A stretch of 64,000 nucleotides of DNA from Setoptus koraiensis (Eukaryota > Animalia > Arthropoda): contig CM106585.1 in NCBI GenBank assembly GCA_048013815.1, positions 10,292,001 through 10,356,000 on the forward strand, in the 5' to 3' direction. Of the stretch, positions 26,542-38,580 are shown piece after piece. The notes beneath the pieces were generated by a model that saw only the letters and a program-made list of their open reading frames with translations, did not search any database and was not told where the DNA came from. A program made the position numbers and the translations under genes. Each line of letters begins with the position of its first letter. Within the stretch, counting starts at the first letter, position 1.

Positions 26542-28698
26542 TAGTATAAATGATATTTTGTTGAATAGATTGGACAATTTTATATATTACACTTATAAAC
26601 GTTGTGGGTCACACGTTGTTGGCAGTCGGGCATTTGTTTGTTTGTGATGCCGTGATCAGCTGTAAGTGCCATAATTGGCGATGGCTAGAGAAAACTTCGT
26701 CCACAAGAGTGCGCTGTTGCCTTGCGGCCGCTGCCTGGACTGCGCTGAGAACAGAGGCATTGATTTAGCGGTTGTTTCAGTCACTAGATGGCGACTGATA
26801 TGCAATTCAATCAATTATTGTATCAGATCTTAACTTTAAGCTTAAATATTGTAAAACGGATCCGGGGGCAAAAAGTGGGGATAGCAAAGGTGAGTTGCAT
26901 GTGAATGTTCATCTCTGGCTGGTTGCGTATAGTTTGTTTGTTTGATTGTGTTGCTGTCGGTGTTTAGAAACAGTTTATTTTCATCTCTCATTTGATTTGT
27001 GTTGTTCCAATGAAACACTACATCACTGGGTGCCATGTTGAATTGCAGCGACCCATGTATTTGTATATGAGTGAACTAACTAGCAAGCAACTAAATCAAA
27101 GAAATCAATTTCGTCTAATAGTGTCTAATACTGCCTCATAGTGTCTCATGGCGTCTATCGATGAGCAGATAATGTGCAGATAATGCTCGCAACGACAGCG
27201 CGCATCGCCAGCCATCTACGCAACAATCAACAGTTATCAACTATCAACTTGGCTCAACTACAGTGTAATTGTGTAATTCAAGGTGTGATTATCAATCTAG
27301 TGGCATTGTCTTGCAAGAGCATCAAGCCAACGTGAAGCATTTCGCAACTTGCAGATTCAATTAAGCAAATCAGTGGCATCGCCGAATATCGCATCACAAT
27401 TACAGAGAATACAAATCAAAAATTAAGATTAATAGTGACCATTTTTATAGAGAAATCAAACTGCAATTCAAATTCCAATTGCGACATCGATTCAAGTTAA
27501 TTGACAAATGCGACAGCAAGCCAATTGCGCCAACAATCAAGTGACCATCAGAAACAAGCTACCTCCACCGGCCCCAAGGCAACAATTTTGAAGGTACGTA
27601 GATCTAGGGGTATTTTTCGTTGTTGCTAAGTGTCGCGTTGTTATTAACGCGTTTTATTTCAAAGTATGTTAACGCTTACGATATTTGGCCATTATTTTGA
27701 GCAAATTTTGCGCAAATAATCATCAAATGTTGTGTATATTTAGAGCCTCGAACGTAGCGCATGACAGCGACGTTTATTAGCTAGCCGAGTAGTAGATCAC
27801 TATTTTTAATCATTTGGTAAATTTTCATTTCATAAATAAACTACTCACATACATAAGTAATAATGTTTTTTGTTTTTAGATTGGTTGCAAGTTATATTTA
27901 GTTATACACATCGATTTTGTGTCATAGCCAGTTATCATCATTGTATAGCTCACCTGTTAAAAGTTATAAGGCTGCTCTGGTGTCAAGTGTAAATGCATGA
28001 CGCGGTGCGTTGATAATGGCGATGATCATCATCAACGCGCTTTAATGCCACGCGGTGAAATGGTTCACAAATGGTGGCTCGGCGGATAAATTGGTGACAA
28101 CAACAATTATCTGTTGCCGATGAACACAAAACAAGCACAAACTTAAATTGTAAAGTGCCAAAGTGTGTTCGATGTGTGTCGCAATCAATAAATTAAAGGC
28201 AGCTCTTATGTATGATGAGGCATAGATAAGATATAATAGCTAACATGCCAATCGATGCAATAGATAAGGTGACAGGTTGATTGTGTTCACGTAAATTAAT
28301 TAGCAGATAGCGTATCTGTATCAGTTGTGTTTTGTTTCATTGCTACACTTATCTCCAACAGAACACAACGCAATAATATATCATCTAATATAATATCTCG
28401 TTGTCGCATTGTTTTTGTAGTTTTGTAGCAACAGTTAATAGTGTCAATAATGATTACCTATGACAATGATGCAAAACGTAATGATTGAAATAAATCAACA
28501 ACAATTATTGCGCCACCGATCTACGGGCACCACCAATATGGCGATAGAAGCAGCAGTTGCCGGCTTATTGTGAGCCGGCACTGGCTGCTGCCGATGCATT
28601 TTCATTTCATGCCAATTGCAGCAACAAGTGTGCATCGCCTGTATGCAACAGATCTCGTAATTAAGATTAATTAGTCCATACAGGTGATTGTCGAGAGG

Positions 28699-28737
28699 CA
28701 TAGAGCCCTCACATAGAGCCCTCACGTAGAGCCCTCA
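28699..28737 (+). repeat. 13 bp tandem repeat x3 (CATAGAGCCCTCA)
   Basis: Direct reading. Confidence 0.9.
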
Positions 28738-30319
28738 TTCGAGCCGGTGTGTCTGGGCATGCGAAGGCCGCTGTGTCGGCTGGATCGGCAGCCGGGCATT
28801 GAATAATTATCCATCACGATGCTAAATCGCCGGGTTATGTAGTGTAGTGCAGTGCAGTGCAGAATTGAATTTATTCACATTTGAATTGAATTAAATATAA
28901 CGCCAGCCGGCCACTACCAGCATCATTCAATTAACCTATTGCCGTGGCGCAGTCGCCGGCTTGTTGCCGGCAATCGCATATGCCCACCAGTGAATTAATT
29001 AGTCTAGTTTATTGAGCGGCAATCCGACGCGTCAGCCGGCTCGTAGTTGGTTGCTGGTAATTACACAATGCGCGCATATCACCGACAATCAATAACCATC
29101 TCGCTGCGTCTTGTCGGCCCAAGGCACAGGCTAATTAGTGGCCGAGCGCAGCGCCCAACTGATAATATAACATGATGATATAACATACAAAAATATAACA
29201 AAATAATATAGCATGCCCATCAATCTGGTCCAGTCTGGTTGATATATTATGTTTGCGAGCGTTTGTGTGCAGAAATATCTCCGGCCCGAACAATCAATTA
29301 TTTTCAGCGGCCCACTTGTGGGTGTTTACCGGCATTTATGAAATGAAATTAGCTGTCAAGTTAGCTGATATATGTAGCTCTCATCTGATTTGTTAACATT
29401 GCTGCTCGTGCCGTGTGCGTTCAAATAATTGCGTGAGCTAGACATTGTTTAGTTAGTGTATCTAACAATGATTGCAAGCTGCAACACAGTTAAGTGTGCA
29501 ATATATCTGGCGAAACCCAATCAATCGGTGAGCGATTGGACAGCCAGTGATGGCGCTTGATCTATTGAGTCGTTAGTTTGTTTAGTTAGTGGTTTGATTT
29601 ACGGCGTCGATTTACGGCAAAGAAAGAATCCAATTTAATGCGATCCGATCCGATCCCAACCGAACAGAACCGATCCAATCTGATCCGAACTGAACTGAAC
29701 CGATCAAATGAAATCCGCTGCCATCCAATCAAATGCGCGAGCTTGATAACGAAACAAGTCTAGAACAAACAAGCCAGCCAGCTGACGGGTGGGACGTCGA
29801 GCCGATGATTAGATCATTAAACAACAAAGAAGATTCTTGTCTATGCGTGGCTGTTATGTTGACTCACTCACTCACCTGAATTAAAGCTCTTCCTTAAATG
29901 TGTTTATTGTGCCAGTGCGACTGATAATAAGAAATTAGTTAGTTAGCTCAAGTTGGTTAGACGCCAGAGAGCGAGCAGAGCGAAGAGAAAGTCACGTTTA
30001 AGGCGACGATCATATAGAAAATAATGACGATAATTAGCCAAAAAGATCAATTGTGTTGTTGTTGGGCGAACCACCAAGCTCACCATACCACATACCGAAT
30101 ACCATGTTGTGTGTGTGTGTGTGTGTGCACCACAACAAGTTACATAAATTCAATTCATTGCAAACATTCATTACATTGCCGGCAGTTGGTCGATTCGTCG
30201 ATTGGATTTGATTTTATTCGAGCGTCTAACACTGTCTGTGGCTCGATCGCCACCCAATTCAATTGTTTGTGTTTGCAACAACCTGTCTCTCTCTCTCGCA
30301 GCGACAGTCACTCTCAACT

Positions 30320-30356
30320 GCTGGCTCACCTGTGCCAGTATCACAGGTGAGCCAGC
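30320..30356. repeat. Perfect 15 bp inverted repeat with 7 nt spacer, each arm holding a CACCTG E-box
   Basis: GCTGGCTCACCTGTG-ccagtat-CACAGGTGAGCCAGC. Confidence 0.9.
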
Positions 30357-31969
30357 CTTGTCAGCATACGCGTTATCCCATCGACTTCCTCGGCGCCCTT
30401 CACTCGTGTTGTTGCTGTTGTTTGTTGATTGGCTGACAAGTTCGCTGGCAACTAGTGAGCTCACAATTTGCGACTACCACACTCACAGCCACATAAGCGA
30501 GTCAATGTTAGCACGAGACTTTTAAAACTTAAGTCGGCTACAAACAATAAGTCACCTGTTCGAAGTTGTGCCAATGGTGTAATGTGATAAGTCACTGATT
30601 GCCTGATTCCGTCAATGCCATTGTTTGTTGGTAAGTGTGTATGACATCGCAAACAATGGCAACGCCAACAGCAGCTGATAGTGATGTATTGCATATCAAT
30701 CAAAGATAATTACTTGATTTAATTTATAATTTGTTTGCGCGCGATTTATAATTTACAATCTCATCACGGGATGCCTGCGCTGAGCAAATGATTATTGAAC
30801 AAGTTATGAAATCTCGTTATATTATCTGCTGGCTCGTCTTGTTAGTTGGTTGGTGCACACAGAGCCAAAATTAACTTTTACTGGTGACTTTAGCGGCTGG
30901 CGTGCCCACCGACAGCAACAGCCGACATTTGCTCACCGGCTCACATTTGCAGTTGCTTGGCAGTTGTTTCCTCCTTGCTAGGCACTCGCACACTATCCCA
31001 GCATCCACTATTCACATGTCCGGCCGGAAGTGGCGCCAAGTTAAAATGTGTGCCCCTCGTCGCTGGATAACAGGGGATATATTTTGCACTGTCGATGCGA
31101 TGACAGTTCACTGTTGGCCTGGTGTCGGACCAACAGTGACGTGCGTCGGGCCCAATGCTGTCTCGACGAGGGGCACTGTTAACATGCGTTGATATAATGA
31201 CATGTTGTTGCATCAAATTGAATGTTATGTAATGTTGCGCAATTGTGTGCGAGAGGGCGAGAGGGCGTGAGAAAATGAATTGGACAAATCGAGGCGCAAG
31301 CAATTAGTCAATCGGAGCATTAACTGAGGACGAGACGGGAGATTTGCCATTGGCGTGTCATTCGAATTTGGAATTTCTAATTTGTTACAAAGCATGGCGA
31401 TCGCGCGCATGCTCTGGTTGGTTTGACGACAGTGACGGCGGCCAAGTTGTAAAACATTTAATTTTAATAAATTGTAACAGAATTCGAACAATTCAATGAA
31501 TGTTCATATTGTGTGAGTGTGTAAACGCAAACAGGGTATTAATTTGCATAAATTGTCATTTGTGTGTGTGACGACAGTGTCGTCTAGTTGGTGTCGTTTG
31601 ATGTCAACAGCACGAGTCGCTAGTTGATGGCATGGCATGGCATGGTTAACGGCAACGCTAATGAGTTGTGAGCCAATGTTGATCATGAGAAAACAACTCT
31701 CGCTATCTATGCCTACTCTCACAACTAGTACAGCCGACCCGACAGGTGATGATGCCTGTGTTTGCGCTCTGATAATTGTTCACAACAATTATCAAATGAC
31801 ACAAGAAGAAACACAGCGCTAAACTAACAATGTGAATCGGACCAATTGTGTTTGCAACAGCGAGTGTGACAAGCCAGAAACAAGCCGAAACAAGCCAGAA
31901 ACAAGCCAGAAACAAGCGACAAGCGAGCCACCAGCGAGCAACCAAACTAATTTTGAAAGTCCAACAACA

Positions 31970-32042
31970 ACATCAACAACAACAGCGGCGACAGCGACAA
32001 CAGCGACAACAGCGACAACAGCGACAACAGCGACAACAACAG
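31970..32042 (+). repeat. Simple repeat (ACAGCGACA)n / CAA-rich
   Basis: Direct reading. Confidence 0.9.
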
Positions 32043-32470
32043 TGACATGCAGCGACAAACGCAATTGTCGTATTCACGCACGAGCACGCAATCAATTAAG
32101 CGGCGCCAGTGGAGCTCATTTAGAATGCATCTATCATTTAGTCACTATGGCAACGACTGTGGCTGAAACAAACCACAACAACTGGTTTGTTTCAACAGTA
32201 ATTGTGGCCCCCATGCAAATGAGTGTGCCGTGCGACTCTCGTTGGCTGGCAGTGTTTGCCGTGGCAATGGGCACTGACTGTCAGTTGTCACTGACAACAC
32301 TGACAATACATTGTTGCCGTGTTGTCACACAAAACTGCTCCACTTTGCCTATCAATCACGTAATTGTATACTGCCGACACTGTCATCGTCCGACGCTAAC
32401 CGATGCGATGCGCTCGCACGGCCCACGATTGTCAATGGAAGGCCAAGTGACGTGTGTGTGTTTAGTCTGC

Positions 32471-32720
32471 GTTATTGTCCACCTGTTAACTGTGGGCGCG
32501 TCGTGTTTGTTGTTGTCGTCAGTTGATTGTTTGTCGGGCTCGTTGTCGTCGCGCTGTCGTCTAGCTGGCCGCTTCCCGTCCGCTGTGGGCCGCTCACCGG
32601 AGAAGGTCGCGTTGCGCAACCGCCAATCAATTTCGGTCGCCGCGAATTTCGAACCTAGAATGGTGATTAGTGATGGGAGGAGCTAGGAAACCGTTGCTCC
32701 CCGATTTGCTCCCTCCTCCC
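32471..32720 (+). repeat. Segment E (host-like flank plus left end of hAT MITE), duplicated at 45293-45541
   Basis: GTTATTGTCCACCTGTTAAC...GCTCCCTCCTCCC nearly identical at both sites. Confidence 0.92.
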
Positions 32721-32853
32721 GGCCGGGATCCAGCTCCTTGCTTCCCGTGGGGAGTAGGGAGCAGCCCTCCTCCCCGTAGCTCCCCCTGGCACTACCTTTC
32801 GCTGTATTAGTTCAAGAAAGGAACGCAAGGGGCGCTCTGAAAATGCCCCTTGC

Positions 32854-32907
<54 letters not shown>

Positions 32908-33080
32908 AACTACGTTCAGATCGGGCACGGGGAGCTAGGGGGAGCATGAGGGAGCTAGAGAGAGCAAGGGGAGCAGGGGAGCTAGGGGGAGGAGGGCTGC
33001 TCCCTCCTCCCCGCGGGGAGCTACAGCTCCGGGGGCTTGTTCCCTGCTCCCGGCCGGGGGGAGGGAGCTCCCCCATCACC
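32668..33080. mobile_element. Non-autonomous hAT-type MITE, 413 bp
   Basis: Termini TAGTGATGGG / CCCATCACCA, 8 bp TSD ATGGTGAT (32660-32667) vs TTGGTGAT (33081-33088), subterminal GGGGAG/CTCCCC repeats, central (CT)~25. Confidence 0.8.
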
Positions 33081-33599
33081 ATTGGTGATGATGTATCGGA
33101 TAGTAATCGGATATTTACATGAAACTTTGGTTCCTCGAGGTAGCAATACTTTATGAAGACTGAAGAATTGTAGTCTGTCTTCGCAAGATCTTCCCCTTGT
33201 CGCGCTATCCATACATATGATACACTTACTGGGGTCGGTCAAGCTGGAGGAGGCGATAGGTAGCGATATCTTGCTCGCTGAAGTATCTGACTGAAACAAA
33301 GGGTCGTTTTCGTCGTTGCTCGATGTATCTTCGAATTCTCTAGAAGCTTCATAGTCTTCGATGGTAGATGAACTTACGGTTGGTGTATGACTTGTGCTTG
33401 GCTGAGGTGCAGTAGATGTTGTTCTTTGAGCGGCCTTGTTCCGAGTGGTGGGCCCATTCATCAAATCCTGTCGAATAACTAAAGCTGAATCAATTTCATT
33501 CTTCAATTGTGGCAAATAGTAAGGCTTCTTCTCGGGATAAATGCGTACAAATCGACGATGAACGTATCCTTCTATTATATTTGATGTGCTACAGTCGGC

Positions 33600-33870
33600 T
33601 TGAATACACTCGCGTGCTGACCATATGTCGAAGGTGAGAGCGATGGCGGTTGTGGCTTCCAATTTCTTCGCAATCATGCCCTGCAATCTTAGGCGGCTGT
33701 TGTTCATCACTGTTGACACCTTACGACGATCGATAAGTTTGGTTTTTGCATTTAGAGACTTGCAGAAACTCAAAAAAGCGGGTAATTCGACGAGAGAATA
33801 CGATAATCGTCCTTTAACTACAAGTTTAACCAGCCTATCGGTAACCAAGTCATCGCTGAACATGAACACT
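33600..33870 (-). pseudogene. hAT transposase remnant (region up to first catalytic Asp)
   Basis: LSYSLVELPAFLSFCKSL..LIDRRKV...KKLEATTAIALTFDIWS resembles hAT P-x-S-x-VE..GF / T-x-D-x-WS. Confidence 0.7.
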
Positions 33871-33949
33871 GTATCAACTACACTGAACTCGCCGTGGTTT
33901 CTATGCCAATGATTCTTGAGTACAGTAGTGCTTTTCGATTTGGCGAAAG

Positions 33950-34775
33950 TCTTCGTACAGTTTCTCGCCCTGCACTTCCGTACGACGACACCTTCTTCTG
34001 TTTCCAGATTGACATAATGCGTGTTAGTCCAATCTTTGCGTCCATCCTCTGATTCAAATGTAGTTTCGGTCGTGGCATTGGAACTCTGAAACCTATAATG
34101 TTCGAATATTCGGTGACAAGATCGTTGCGAGCTTTCTTAATGTTCGCTCCTTGATCGGTAATAATGGCTGCGATCTTATCAGAACCTATATCTTCAACAA
34201 CTTTCATCATCAACCTCTTGATGTAGTTTGAATCGTGTTTCGCACTGCTATGATCCGTTACGCAAATGCCTAGTGGGCAATGCAAAATCCACGACGCATC
34301 CAAACACGCTCCTTCATCGTATATCGGACCAAAAATCAAATTCCAATGATACTGTGCCGGAAGAATCAATCACCATCTGTTTCAAATGGTTATCGGCTTG
34401 CTTCACGAACCTTGGTATGAGCGATTCCTTTACTTTATTTCTGCTCGGCGGGAAATCATTCGTGTTGAGGGATCCGAATATCTCCTTAAGATCGTCGGAG
34501 CTATTATCTAGAGGGAGAGCTTTCCGCACAATATGACGCATCCACTTTTCATCCAGTGTCTCTCGTTTTGTTGGTAGATTCACTCTACATTTCATCAGAT
34601 TCCTCTCGCGGACCGACATACGAGGGCATTCATCCATCAAGTGTTTTATAAATCTATCCTTCTGATACGACAACCAGGTTTTTTTGCATTTCCTGCATTC
34701 TCCGGACAGATGTCCTTTACCATTACCAGGGTCGAACTTTCTTACGTATTTAGCAACGTCAAATATTTCCTGGGT
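33950..34775 (-). pseudogene. Second, different hAT transposase remnant (BED finger, LEFDFWSD, DUF659-like IITDQGANIKKA), frameshifted
   Basis: ECRKCKKTW..RFIKHLMDEC BED-type finger; VVEDIGSDKIAAIITDQGANIKKARNDL. Confidence 0.75.
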
Positions 34776-34850
34776 TGATTGTGTCGACTGAGTCGAGATG
34801 TCTTCTTGACTGACGTTCTCATTATTCTCTTCCTCAGTATCACTCCCCTC

Positions 34851-35655
34851 GTTCTCTCAACCTGCCCCCTTCATTTGCACAGTGTTGATCAGGTTAATAG
34901 CATTGTAACAGATAAGTATGCATTTTTGAAACTCAAATCTTCTATTCGAAGAATTGTCGTTCGAAGAACTGTCGATAGAAGAATAGTCATTCGAAGAATT
35001 GTCACCGACCCGCCAGCGAGTGTTGCAATCATTGAAATGTCAAGAGAATATTGCAACCACCGAATGGGTGCGGGATGGTTGCTATCATTGAAAGTTCAGT
35101 CGCATGTTGTGATATAATACTACCTCGTGTTCTTCAATATGACTGCCGTCTCTTCTTGTATCGGTGCCCAGTTAAGCTAGAAGTTAAACTTTATTCTGAG
35201 AATAAAGTGGATCTTTTACTACATAACATATCGTATAAATCGTATTAAATAAAACATTATAGCCCACCAGTTTCTGTGGTTGTTCACACTCCTCATCATC
35301 TTCCTGGGATTCACTTGGAGTGTTAGACTGAGACTCAATCGATAATACTGTCGCTAGTTCAGCTCCCCTTGAATTTGTCAGCTCATTCTCTCCCTTTCTC
35401 GCTTCTTCTGTTAGTGATTGTAATGTGTGGCTATAATACACACATAACATTGCAATTCAGAAAAAGTGAGCAAGGGCACATCGCACGAACCCATTGATTC
35501 GAGCCAGCGCGACCGTATATGCTAGCCATGTATCGGCTTCGCGCTGGCTTCGTATCGGCTCCGAACGAGTCTTTCACATAAATATGTTAGTATATAAACT
35601 TGTGCGCTTGTATGCAGCATGGGCTGGCCAGATTTGCGAGAGCTGATTATGCGCG
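34851..35655 (+). repeat. Composite repeat copy 1, modules A (34851-35439) and B (35440-35655); lacks the LTR/tRNA insert
   Basis: Near-identical to 43622-44546 and 48773-50029 apart from the insert. Confidence 0.95.
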
Positions 35656-35671
35656 TGTCGAGCCAAAAATA

Positions 35672-37831
35672 CAGGGTGGAAAGGGACTTCTTATGTTCCG
35701 TGTGCATCTGCACAATAAAACAATGCTTCTGCGCTTTACCTGCTCGCCGTCACAGAGCCGTCTCTGCTCGCACGGCGGGTAAGGTACGCAAGGTAGGTGG
35801 GGGGGGTGTAGATAGGTGCTGAGGGTAACACTGCTGGTTGGTTGAGGGTACACAATTGATTTTATTGACATTCAAATGACCAAACCAAACAACTCAATTC
35901 AAATATTCTATCCGATCCGGACAGGTAAGCGCGGCTTGGGCCTCGACCTACCGCCTGTCACCGGACATTGGCTACAACGCTGACATGGCGGACACTTCTG
36001 GCACTGAGGGCACTTCTGGCACTGGGGGCACTTTTGTCTCCTGCACTTCCTTCCACCACGCTTTTCGTCGGGTTTATCGTCCTCTTCCTTCTGCCTTTTG
36101 TCACAAAACTCTGTTATATTTCGCAAGGCCTCCTCTTTGGTAACACATACCTCTGCGGACCTCTTTTCTCGCGAAGTAGTCTCTGGACAATGGTCAATGT
36201 TGCCGTCATCCTCATCGGCCTCATTAGGTTCCCGCTCCTCAGATGCTCTCATATCATCTATAGTATCCAGGTCAAGCGACGCCACAGCTCTTAAGAGTTC
36301 GTCATCAGATGAAAGCCAGTTTAGATCCTCGTTCTTCCTCTTGTTCTCGACGGCGAAATCCACCTGTTTACCCCCCAGCTCTCGTGTATAATAAAGTCGA
36401 CGCATAAAACCTGAACGAATCGAATCGGCTAGCATTTTTTGAGGTACAGAATTGAACTCCAAAATAATTCGACTTTTTAACTCTTCCAAGTCTTTGTAGG
36501 CAAATCTCCCTTGGTATATCTTGTTCTTCATGTATCCCCATAAAAAAAAGTCCAGAGGGTTGAGATCTGGGCTATACGGTGGCCATTCAATGAACTTTGA
36601 CTTTTTGCCAATCCAGTAAGGGGACTTAGAGTTGAGGAACTCTCTTGTATTGATTGCAGTATGCGGCGGGGCACCATCTTGCATGAAAACCAGCGAGCCA
36701 TTCCTAAATAAATTGTTAGTTTCACGGTCGTTGAATAGGACCTCGTTTAACATCGCAACGTAGGTTTCGCTATTCACCCTGCCATCGAAAAAGAAAGGAC
36801 CCCACCTCTTATTGACTGAATAACCACACCACACCATCACTTTTTTCGGCCCGAGCCTCTTGCTATCATACACATGCCCAGGGTTAGAGTTCGACCAAAA
36901 AATAGTGTTGTGTTTATTCGCGATGTCAACCAAGCTGAAGATTGCTTCATCAGAAAAAACAATACGATCGATAAATGTGTGATCTTGATTTTGGTTAGTT
37001 TTTTGTGCAATAATGCCGGCAAACTCCAGTCGATCCCCCTCGTGATTCATAATCGAGTGTAAAGTGCGGAAATGGTACGGTTTCAATTTCAATTCATTCT
37101 TCAATATTTTAAGCACGGTAGTGTGGGAGAGACCCACAACATCGCCTATTGTTCGCGAGCTGCTGGATGTCTGCCCATCAGATGCTAAATCTCTAACTCG
37201 TGCAACCATTTCAGCGGTGATTTTCCGTGGGGATGGTCCCCTTTTACCTTGACGCGTCTGAATTCCATAAGTAAAGAGATAGGTTTTGAAATTTTTGAAG
37301 TCAAGCTCGGTCGGTAGTCTGTCGATATTCAATTCTCCGAGTTGTCTTAATTCCTCAATGTTTTCATGGGTCGAGCATATGTCTTCTCCATTAAGTGCAT
37401 AGATATAGATCATTTTGGCTTTCTCTACGGCAGTGTATGCTGGGTCAGTCCATCTTGGCAAAAGGACGGCCAAAAGGAGACAAATTATTAAATGATGCAT
37501 TAGAATTGAAACAATAAATCGAATGATAACAAATTGATAATGATTTAATATTTAATTGATATTTATTTGATAGTAAATGGACAAATAACAAATAGCAAAT
37601 AACCAATAATGACAAATCATTTCCGACTCAGCAGCATGCTCTCGATACCCTACCCCAAGACCGAGCGGTTGGCGTCTAATAGCATAGCACAAAACACGCC
37701 CCACAAGCACAAAAACGCACACGAAGCAGAAAATTAGTTAGCCAAGATAGACGAATTGCGCTCAGAAAATGCTCTACCTTCCACCATACAAAATTTTGCT
37801 CACGGCACATAAGAAGTCCCAAACCACCCTG
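35672..37831 (-). mobile_element. Tc1/mariner superfamily element, DD41D (rosa/Visitor-type), 2160 bp
   Basis: TA TSDs (35670-71, 37832-33); ~31 bp imperfect TIRs CAGGGTGG(AAA/TTT)GGGACTTCTTATGT(T/G)CCGTG. Confidence 0.92.
35908..37500 (-). CDS. DD41D transposase, uninterrupted 530 aa ORF with long acidic and Cys-repeat C-terminal tail
   Basis: HTH (SSRTIGDVVGLSHTTVLKILK), VFSDEAIF, FMQDGAPPH, WPPYSPDLNPLD; 41 residues between second and third Asp by my count. Confidence 0.9.
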   Translation of the reverse strand: MHHLIICLLLAVLLPRWTDPAYTAVEKAKMIYIYALNGEDICSTHENIEELRQLGELNIDRLPTELDFKNFKTYLFTYGIQTRQGKRGPSPRKITAEMVARVRDLASDGQTSSSSRTIGDVVGLSHTTVLKILKNELKLKPYHFRTLHSIMNHEGDRLEFAGIIAQKTNQNQDHTFIDRIVFSDEAIFSLVDIANKHNTIFWSNSNPGHVYDSKRLGPKKVMVWCGYSVNKRWGPFFFDGRVNSETYVAMLNEVLFNDRETNNLFRNGSLVFMQDGAPPHTAINTREFLNSKSPYWIGKKSKFIEWPPYSPDLNPLDFFLWGYMKNKIYQGRFAYKDLEELKSRIILEFNSVPQKMLADSIRSGFMRRLYYTRELGGKQVDFAVENKRKNEDLNWLSSDDELLRAVASLDLDTIDDMRASEEREPNEADEDDGNIDHCPETTSREKRSAEVCVTKEEALRNITEFCDKRQKEEDDKPDEKRGGRKCRRQKCPQCQKCPQCQKCPPCQRCSQCPVTGGRSRPKPRLPVRIG

Positions 37832-37945
37832 TATATGTTTGCTCTTCCCGAGCTCGAGCATGAATGCCCTTTCTTTATTTTGTTATTGTGCAGAGATTAA
37901 AATGGGGGAGGGGTTGTCAGCAGTTCATATTGCGCATGACACGCG

Positions 37946-38580
37946 CATGAGTGACGCATTAGTCACAAGAGGAACGATGATCGCCAAAAGTTTGCAAAGT
38001 TTGAGCCCGATTCAAAAGCAACGACAAGGCCCGACAGATCAGACGAGATGTATCGCGCGATATCCACACGTAAACTGCGGCCAAACTGTGATTTCGTTCA
38101 TTACTGGCCAGCGGTGGGATCATTTGCGATGTCTGGCGATGCCCGGCGATGCTGCCGGCGCTGATGAGCAACGGGCAACATTAATTGTTCAAACTATCAA
38201 ATTACTAATCATGGCCGCCGCCTCAGTCGTCATCTCAGTCGTCATCTCGGTCGCCGTCTCAGCGAGCATCAGCGGTCGTGGATTGTGATTCATAGTGACC
38301 ACTGGCTGCTAGTGACCACTAGTGACTCACCGGCACATATCGGCTGCACAAGGTTGCAGGCAACATCACGTTGCGTCGTGAACTCTCTCAATATATCGAC
38401 GCTTCGTCAACGCACCAAACAACAACAACAACAACACTCGAAACTTTTATCCGAGCAACACTAGACTTACCTGTCGACTTTGTTACACACTCGGCGCACT
38501 CACAAACAGAGGACAGCAAATTGAGTGAGACGAGCTTAAACGGCACCTGAGCTGTCGAAATTTCATAAAATCTCAAACTA
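37946..38580 (+). repeat. Composite repeat copy 1, module C
   Basis: Near-identical to 44547-45160 and 50030-50660. Confidence 0.95.

Noticed and set aside
28043-28062. miR-124-like string TAATGCCACGCGGTGAAATG
   Set aside because: Seed differs from AAGGCAC and no complementary arm upstream
30339-30360. miR-2-like TATCACAG..CCAGCCTTG
   Set aside because: Start falls in the hairpin loop, 5 nt insertion, stem only 15 bp; not a pre-miRNA geometry
30024-32686. ORFs including the 284 aa 31832-32686
   Set aside because: Built from simple repeats and the duplicated segment E; no recognisable domain
34940-35010. CGAAGAATTGTC-type repeats as a CRISPR array
   Set aside because: 15 bp contiguous units without unique spacers, eukaryotic context, no cas genes
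34779-35450. ORFs repeated in modules A, B and C (also at 43.6-45.4 and 48.8-50.8 kb)
   Set aside because: Same short ORFs recur only because the DNA is duplicated; no protein family evidence
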